Shown here one piece after another: positions 16,409 through 22,147 of a stretch of 35,486 bases of DNA. The position numbers and the translations under genes are program-made. The notes below the pieces were generated by a model that saw only the letters and a program-made list of their open reading frames with translations, was not told the DNA's origin and made no database searches. This stretch comes from an uncultured Candidatus Saccharibacteria bacterium. GTDB taxonomy: Bacteria; Patescibacteriota; Minisyncoccia; Phycocordibacterales; JAKFXT01. Within the stretch, counting starts at the first letter, position 1. Every line of letters starts with the position of its first letter. Location of the stretch: NCBI GenBank assembly GCA_964357075.1, contig CAYHJR010000001.1:1-35486 (forward strand). Reading direction: 5' to 3'.

Positions 16409-17284
16409 TTAGAATCTATTCTCGCACAGCATCTTCCCTTCTTCAAGCACTCTCAAAAGCTTGGGGCCGGTCAAGCCGACAGAACGCAAATCCTTTTCAT
16501 TTTCATTAATCGTCCGGCATAAAACAATTTTGTTTTGGAGAAGCATATTTTTTTCATTTTTGGAAAGGGTGGTTAAGGCCGTTATGGGGTGAATTCTGGT
16601 TTCTTCTATCAAATCCTGGAGATTCCCATAGCGCGGGTATGTCCAGCTTAACACTTTAAGTCCTTTGCAGTTTGCGTAATGCACCGCCGCTTTGGAAAAT
16701 TTTGTGTTTGTTATAAGCCAACCCTCATCAATTGCTCGCTCTCCCCTTTCGGAGCGATATTTTTTTACATCTTCAACGCGGGAATTTACATAAAGCGCCA
16801 CTTTTAAATCCGATTTCATGCCGAGTTCATTATGAAATTTAACTTCTCCAATCAAATATTTTTTATCATTATAAGCCACAAGGTCCACTTCGTGTTCAAC
16901 GCATGAACCCTGCATAATGACGCCGGTCTCTACAGTAAAACCTTTGGCTTTAAAAATTTCACCGATAAAATCCTCAAACGGATATCCCGACGGTCCGAGG
17001 TCGAGTACCGCTCTTTTAAGGGAGTAGCGAAGCGCGGCCGGTTTTTCAATGCGTCGCAAATGGTCATAGGAGCGCTTGTATATCAAATTGGTCGGCATTC
17101 CCTGATGAACCTCGCCTTTGACCACCTTCAAAACAGCTGAAACGGCCTTGTCGGAGGCGCCGGAGCGATGAAGCGAGTGCACCAGCTTGGAAGCGTCAAA
17201 TGCCTCCAATTCTCCGTTTTCTTTTCGCACAAGCAGTGGTTTTCGCATCGGGATATTATAGTTTACCCGCTTAAGTTTTACCAT
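16409..17284 (-). CDS. ATP-cone domain fused to a restriction-endonuclease-like (Mrr/PD-(D/E)XK) domain
   Basis: N-terminal LVRKENGELEAFDASKLVHSL...LIYKRSYDHLRR...AALRYSLKRA resembles an ATP-cone. The middle FEDFIGEIFKAKGFTVE...HEVDLVAY...LIGEVKFH resembles a D...ExK nuclease core. The start could instead be the ATG at 17248. Confidence 0.7.
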   Translation of the reverse strand: MVKLKRVNYNIPMRKPLLVRKENGELEAFDASKLVHSLHRSGASDKAVSAVLKVVKGEVHQGMPTNLIYKRSYDHLRRIEKPAALRYSLKRAVLDLGPSGYPFEDFIGEIFKAKGFTVETGVIMQGSCVEHEVDLVAYNDKKYLIGEVKFHNELGMKSDLKVALYVNSRVEDVKKYRSERGERAIDEGWLITNTKFSKAAVHYANCKGLKVLSWTYPRYGNLQDLIEETRIHPITALTTLSKNEKNMLLQNKIVLCRTINENEKDLRSVGLTGPKLLRVLEEGKMLCENRF

Positions 17285-17323
17285 AAAATTTTATACGTCC
17301 TTGGATTTCCCAGATTTTCTCTG

Positions 17324-17358
17324 CAACTACCGACTACAAACTAGTGACTACCCACTAT
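17324..17358. repeat. 35-nt heptamer array (NNACTAN) x5; on the coding strand this is UAG every 7 nt
   Basis: Coding strand: aTAGtgg gTAGtca cTAGttt gTAGtcg gTAGttg. The first TAG is the mnmA stop codon. Homologous to 28545-28579. Confidence 0.9.
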
Positions 17359-18491
17359 TTAATTATTCCACCCCCCAAGCAAATTTCCCCATTATAAAAA
17401 ACAACAGATTGCCCCGGCGAAACCAGAATTGATTTTTTGAAGGTAACAATGTTTTTTAGGACTCTATTCCCCAAGGCTAAGCCTTGGTAGCTACCAAGGC
17501 TTAGCCTTGGGGGGTTTGAGCTAACGGTGCAAAGGTGTTCTTCTCCATGATAACGAATCTGTGCTTTAATTTTCCGATCTTTAAATTCCTCCTCTATCCA
17601 ACTAATCTTTTCTAATTCGTAAGTCGCTTGCCCGCCTAAATTTTTACTCCGTGAAAATTTAGGCGGGTGAAGAACGTGAGAAACAACGATTTCATTTTTT
17701 GAAACATTTTTTTTGACGACATAATACGGTTTATCATTGGGGGTTTTTTTGTTGACTGTAAAGCCGTGCCGTTCGCCAATCGTATGAAACAGAGCCCCTC
17801 TGTGCGTGCCTATGATTTCTCCTTTTTCGTTTAAAATTTTCCCTTTTTTCTCCGACATAAAATGTTTTAGGAATTGCTTCATATCAACATTGGATATAAA
17901 GCAAAGTCCTTGGCTGTCTTTTTTCTCTGCCGTAGCAAGTTTGGCTTTTCTCGCAATCTCTCTTACGGCTTCTTTTTTCAGATGACCAACTGGGAACAAA
18001 ATATGTCTCAATTGTTTCTGTGTTAATGTCCAAAGGAAGTATGTTTGATCTTTTCCTTCATCGTCTCCTCTTAAAAGCTGGGCGCTGGAAGCTGGGCGCT
18101 GGAAGCTGATTTTCGCATAGTGCCCGGTAGCCACGTAATCGGCGCCATTTTTTAAAGCCCATTTTAAGAAGGCGCCGAATTTAACGTGCTTATTGCAAAA
18201 AACATCCGGGTTTGGCGTTCTGCCAGCTTTATACTCCGAAATCATATAATCAATAACTTCCTTTTTATATTCCTTTTCCAAATCAAGCGTTATAAAAGGA
18301 ATGCTAAGGTGAGCCGCGACCTTCATGGCGTCCAACCTGTCTTCTCTCCAAGTGCAAGGTATAAACTCGGGTTGCCAGACCTTTATAAAAACACCCGTGA
18401 CATTGTATCCGGCTTTTTTGAGTAGATATGCCGACACTGAAGAGTCCACTCCCCCGGATAGGCCAACAAAAACTTTTTTTCTCTCGCTCAT
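17355..18491 (-). CDS. mnmA: tRNA 2-thiouridine(34) synthase MnmA
   Basis: PP-loop VFVGLSGGVDSSV, and a C-terminal SPGQSVVFYNGEICLGGGII. I start at the MSERKK ATG (18491), because the track's extra 16 codons run into a hairpin. Confidence 0.93.
   Translation of the reverse strand: MSERKKVFVGLSGGVDSSVSAYLLKKAGYNVTGVFIKVWQPEFIPCTWREDRLDAMKVAAHLSIPFITLDLEKEYKKEVIDYMISEYKAGRTPNPDVFCNKHVKFGAFLKWALKNGADYVATGHYAKISFQRPASSAQLLRGDDEGKDQTYFLWTLTQKQLRHILFPVGHLKKEAVREIARKAKLATAEKKDSQGLCFISNVDMKQFLKHFMSEKKGKILNEKGEIIGTHRGALFHTIGERHGFTVNKKTPNDKPYYVVKKNVSKNEIVVSHVLHPPKFSRSKNLGGQATYELEKISWIEEEFKDRKIKAQIRYHGEEHLCTVSSNPPRLSLGSYQGLALGNRVLKNIVTFKKSILVSPGQSVVFYNGEICLGGGIIK
17469..17512. repeat. 44-nt perfect palindrome inside the mnmA coding sequence
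   Basis: CCCCAAGGCTAAGCCTTGGTAG / CTACCAAGGCTTAGCCTTGGGG. Encodes roughly PRLSLGSYQGLALG. Confidence 0.95.
18075..18109. repeat. heptamer array (aagctgg gcgctgg) x2.5 inside mnmA
   Basis: aagctgg gcgctgg aagctgg gcgctgg aagctga. Encodes SFQRPASSAQL. Confidence 0.9.
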
Positions 18492-18531
18492 ACACCTAAC
18501 TTTATTCAAAAAGTCCAAAAACACAATGATA

Positions 18532-18556
18532 ATCCCCAAGGTTTAACCTTGGGGAT
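18532..18556. repeat. perfect hairpin of the CCCCAAGG family in the mltG-mnmA spacer
   Basis: ATCCCCAAGGTT-T-AACCTTGGGGAT (12-bp arms). Confidence 0.9.
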
Positions 18557-18570
18557 TTAAGAGAAAGTGA

Positions 18571-19542
18571 CTAAAAACTGTTGAGATAGCGTTGTTTGTT
18601 TTGAACGTGTTTTTCATGTGTCTCCGCGAAATAAAATCTTCCCGATCTGTCGGTTAAATAAAATAGATACTTAGTCGGTTGCGCCGAAAGGGTTGCTTTG
18701 ATTGATTCAATCCCGGGGTTTGATATCGGAGTGGGCGGCAATCCTCTGTTCTTATAAGAATTATATGGGGAAGTGGTTGCCAAATCTTCGGTGGTCAATT
18801 GATAAGTGTTTTTACCGATTGCATATTGGAGGGTAGCATCCACTTGAAGCGCCATGCCTATTCCCATGCGTTTCCATAAAATGCTGGCAACGGCCTTTTG
18901 ATTTTCAAAATTTTGGGCTTCTTTTTCTAAAATTGAAGCCATAATTATGATATCTCCTTTCGATTTGCCAAAAGCCCGCACTTCCCCTTCAATTTTTGAA
19001 AAACGCTGATTAAATGTCTCTTTCATTATTTCAACCACTTCTTCGGCAGTTGTCGATTGCAAGAAAAAATAAGTGTCCGGGTAAAGATATCCTTCGAAGG
19101 GCTGGGCAATTTCAATAAATTTTGCCTCATCGCACAAAGGAAGAATTTCTTTACAAATTCTTGCCATTTCTTTAACCGTTATCCCTTCGGGAAAAGTGAC
19201 ACGCAAAGTGTCCAGTTTGTGGTCTCCCTCCGTTAATCTTCTGACAACCACGAATAAATTTTCCTTTTTTGAAAAGAGATAACCGCCGGCCACAACCGTG
19301 TCCCCGGAATCAAAAAGTTTAACGGAGATAGCGAATAAGGAAGGAAAAGAAATCACCTTGCGCTCTTCAAGAATTTTTCCCGCTCCCAAAACGGAAACTC
19401 CCTTGGGAATTACCACCATATCGTTTACGGGAAATTGCTGTGGCGGACTAAAAAAGATTCCGTATAAAACGAAGGCAAAAAAGAAAATAATACTTAGAGC
19501 GACACCCAAGAAACGTCTTTTTTCACCGATATATTGAAGCAT
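18571..19542 (-). CDS. mltG: endolytic transglycosylase MltG (YceG family)
   Basis: N-terminal TM helix, a YceG-like domain with LQVDATLQYA, and YNSYKNRGLPPTPISNPG. Confidence 0.88.
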   Translation of the reverse strand: MLQYIGEKRRFLGVALSIIFFFAFVLYGIFFSPPQQFPVNDMVVIPKGVSVLGAGKILEERKVISFPSLFAISVKLFDSGDTVVAGGYLFSKKENLFVVVRRLTEGDHKLDTLRVTFPEGITVKEMARICKEILPLCDEAKFIEIAQPFEGYLYPDTYFFLQSTTAEEVVEIMKETFNQRFSKIEGEVRAFGKSKGDIIIMASILEKEAQNFENQKAVASILWKRMGIGMALQVDATLQYAIGKNTYQLTTEDLATTSPYNSYKNRGLPPTPISNPGIESIKATLSAQPTKYLFYLTDRSGRFYFAETHEKHVQNKQRYLNSF

Positions 19543-19547
19543 AATAC

Positions 19548-20858
19548 TTAACGGGGTAAATTTCTTGGCGGTTCGGCTTTTCTAGAAGTAACGCGTTCAA
19601 CGGTCGGCGTTTGCAAAACGGTTCCAACCGGATGAAATATGGTCGCTAATTCTTCGCTGCTTAATACAAAGTTTTGTTTTTGATGCGGAGCGTGGAAGAA
19701 CTGTCTTCTTCTGTAGCCATCAACAATGCGATAACGCCTGTAGGTTTCCCGTGTATGAGTTATGTCTTGCCATGGATAATCAAAATCTGTAGATTTGAAT
19801 GGAGAAAAATTATTGTATGAATAAGCCATTCTTTTATCAGTTTCAATAAAATCCACACCGCCATAAACCCGCATTAAATTATTAAGGGCTGGTCCTCTCA
19901 TTATATAATTTTCATGATTCGCAAAATAAATCGCCCGAACACCGACGTCAAAAGCCGGTTTTGTAATACTTCTTTCGAGGCGCTCAATGGTCATTTCTTC
20001 ACCTTTAGTTGGACGGCGTTTAAATTCAAATTTACCGCCTTGATCGCTTTCGGAAACTTCTTTCATCCCATCATAAATTTTTGAAATTATATCGCGAGTT
20101 TCATCTGCCCATGTTGTTTTATGGAACCAACTGCCGCCGCGGGATTTTTCTCGATGGGCTCGGAAGCCGATTTGATACCAAAAATATTCCCCCTTTTTGA
20201 TATTGCTCATTAACTCTAAAATCGATGTAAAGGGGTCAACTTTGAATTCCTCTTTCGGGTCTTTATCTAAACTATAATCCAAATATGTTTTTATTGGATA
20301 TGGGTCAGGCAGATTTAATCTATAATAGACGCCGAATAAATTGTATTTTTTCGGGTCATAATGGGCCAGCATGTCGGTATAATCCGGAACTTCAGTAAGT
20401 TCGATGTTGGGATACTGTCCATAAAAATTAGATTCAACAACATCCTTTAAGACAGTTTTTCTAGTCCAAACATAGAAATGCAGATTCCCTTCAAACGAAG
20501 CGACTTCAAATGTGAAGTAATGCCGAACTCGGCCGATTATATATCTTTTATGCCACTCGCCTTCTCCGCCAATAGCATTTAGCCCGGATAATACCACTTC
20601 CATAGCTAATGGCGATTTGTATACTTCGGGAGGGAGTTTCATTTCTAGGAGCACGTATTCTTGAGTGGCAATATAATTGGAACGGATATAGTTTACCCAG
20701 ACGCGCCAAAACACAAGCGCGAGCGCCATCGGCAGCCATACTGGAGAAGTAATATAGAGAATTTGATACACCAAAACCGCCTGTTCGCTGGTGTAATATT
20801 CGAATGTTTTAGAAAAAAGTTCGAAAAGGGCATCCATTGTTCCCATATTGTAACGCAA
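19548..20858 (-). CDS. hypothetical membrane-associated protein
   Basis: A 436-aa ORF with an N-terminal hydrophobic helix (ILYITSPVWLPMALALVFW) and no motif I can assign. Sits 5 nt from mltG. Confidence 0.55.
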   Translation of the reverse strand: MRYNMGTMDALFELFSKTFEYYTSEQAVLVYQILYITSPVWLPMALALVFWRVWVNYIRSNYIATQEYVLLEMKLPPEVYKSPLAMEVVLSGLNAIGGEGEWHKRYIIGRVRHYFTFEVASFEGNLHFYVWTRKTVLKDVVESNFYGQYPNIELTEVPDYTDMLAHYDPKKYNLFGVYYRLNLPDPYPIKTYLDYSLDKDPKEEFKVDPFTSILELMSNIKKGEYFWYQIGFRAHREKSRGGSWFHKTTWADETRDIISKIYDGMKEVSESDQGGKFEFKRRPTKGEEMTIERLERSITKPAFDVGVRAIYFANHENYIMRGPALNNLMRVYGGVDFIETDKRMAYSYNNFSPFKSTDFDYPWQDITHTRETYRRYRIVDGYRRRQFFHAPHQKQNFVLSSEELATIFHPVGTVLQTPTVERVTSRKAEPPRNLPR

Positions 20859-20907
20859 AAAATGACTTTTGAGGAGTCGTCTTTTGGTAAATATTTATTT
20901 CAACTTT

Positions 20908-21948
20908 TTAAATAACCGCGTATTTCCCCTCCTTATTCTTTTTAAAGTATTTGGGATTTTGCAAATTAACCGCGATAGTATTTTCTTTTACGTATCGCTC
21001 TTTAAGCACTTTATCCACCACTTCCTGTTTGGTAAGCGGACCATATTTCTTGATAATCTCCCTAATCACGTCTTTAACGACGCCGGTAGAATATCCCCAT
21101 TCGGAGAGCGCGTATAAACCGCGGCCGACCAAAACAAAACGCTTATCTTTTATGAGTTCATTGTGACAAGTGGCGACGTGGGCTTCGCGGTCAAACAATT
21201 GTTTTATGGATTTGGCGACTTCCGTGAAATGCATCGGGGAGCCGTGACGGCGAATGGATAAATAGGCAAAATCTCGCATACCCTTGGCTTTAACATTTGA
21301 AGAATGCGAAACGCCCCATTCGCCGAGAGGGTTGCGTCCGATTTTTTTAGAAAGATAAAGCCAGCGTTTGGCGATTTCTTCATTTTTGTATTTTTCCGAA
21401 ATATCCTTGAGATTATCCAAAAATGAAGCGACCATCTCGGATTCCGGTATCAAAGCATCGTCTTCAAGCGATTCGTAAAGCTTTTTCAAAGACAATTCCA
21501 CTTTGTCGGCAAGTTCATCATCAATAAACCAGCGATGATGGAAATGTTCGTCTTCTTTGCGCTTCTTAAATGCATCTCCCAAGACCAGAAGAAAATGGAC
21601 GCAATTTTGCGTTCCGCGGTCATCGGAAATTTTTTTCAAAAAATGAGATTCTGACACTACATTTCCCAGCGAATCAATCGATTGCTGCAACTCCTCCAGA
21701 GCTTCTTTTTCTTTGATATAAGACGGCGATTTGCGTATCACTCCAAAAGAATAATTCTCGATTTGACGCACTCTTTCACGGGTAATCTTGTAGGTCTTGC
21801 CGATTGCCTCAAGCGTCATACGCTCGGGTGTTTTACCGAGTCCATAGCGATTTATGACCACATTCGCCGCGCGCTCCGGGAGCGCACTAAGCAGTCTTTT
21901 GACGACCTGTTTGGGCTTGAAATTCAATTTAAATACCATAATTACCAC
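20908..21948 (-). CDS. sigma-70 region-4-like HTH protein with a C-terminal HARE-HTH-like domain
   Basis: RYGLGKTPERMTLEAIGKTYKITRERVRQIENYSF is a sigma region 4.2 HTH. The C-terminal MHFTEVAKSI...VLVGRGLYALSEWGY resembles HARE-HTH/RpoE-delta-like domains. Confidence 0.7.
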   Translation of the reverse strand: MVIMVFKLNFKPKQVVKRLLSALPERAANVVINRYGLGKTPERMTLEAIGKTYKITRERVRQIENYSFGVIRKSPSYIKEKEALEELQQSIDSLGNVVSESHFLKKISDDRGTQNCVHFLLVLGDAFKKRKEDEHFHHRWFIDDELADKVELSLKKLYESLEDDALIPESEMVASFLDNLKDISEKYKNEEIAKRWLYLSKKIGRNPLGEWGVSHSSNVKAKGMRDFAYLSIRRHGSPMHFTEVAKSIKQLFDREAHVATCHNELIKDKRFVLVGRGLYALSEWGYSTGVVKDVIREIIKKYGPLTKQEVVDKVLKERYVKENTIAVNLQNPKYFKKNKEGKYAVI

Positions 21949-22011
21949 AATTGCAGTGAATTCATTTTTAGCACTTTAAAGAAATTCCGTCAAGGGGCTT
22001 AAAAACTTCCC

Positions 22012-22143
22012 CTATTTTAATAAACTCATCCAAGGTTTTTGGAATACTAGCGTTATTCCTATGGCTGGAATCATAATAATCCCAAAAAACACAAATATTA
22101 TTATTTTAATTAACTTGAAAATGAGTCCTAAAAAACCATCCAT
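22012..22143 (-). CDS. possible 43-aa hydrophobic peptide immediately after leuS
   Basis: My own translation: MDGFLGLIFKLIKIIIFVFFGIIMIPAIGITLVFQKPWMSLLK. The ATG is 4 nt after the leuS stop. One TM-like helix. Below the track cutoff. Confidence 0.3.
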   Translation of the reverse strand: MDGFLGLIFKLIKIIIFVFFGIIMIPAIGITLVFQKPWMSLLK

Positions 22144-22147
22144 AAAT

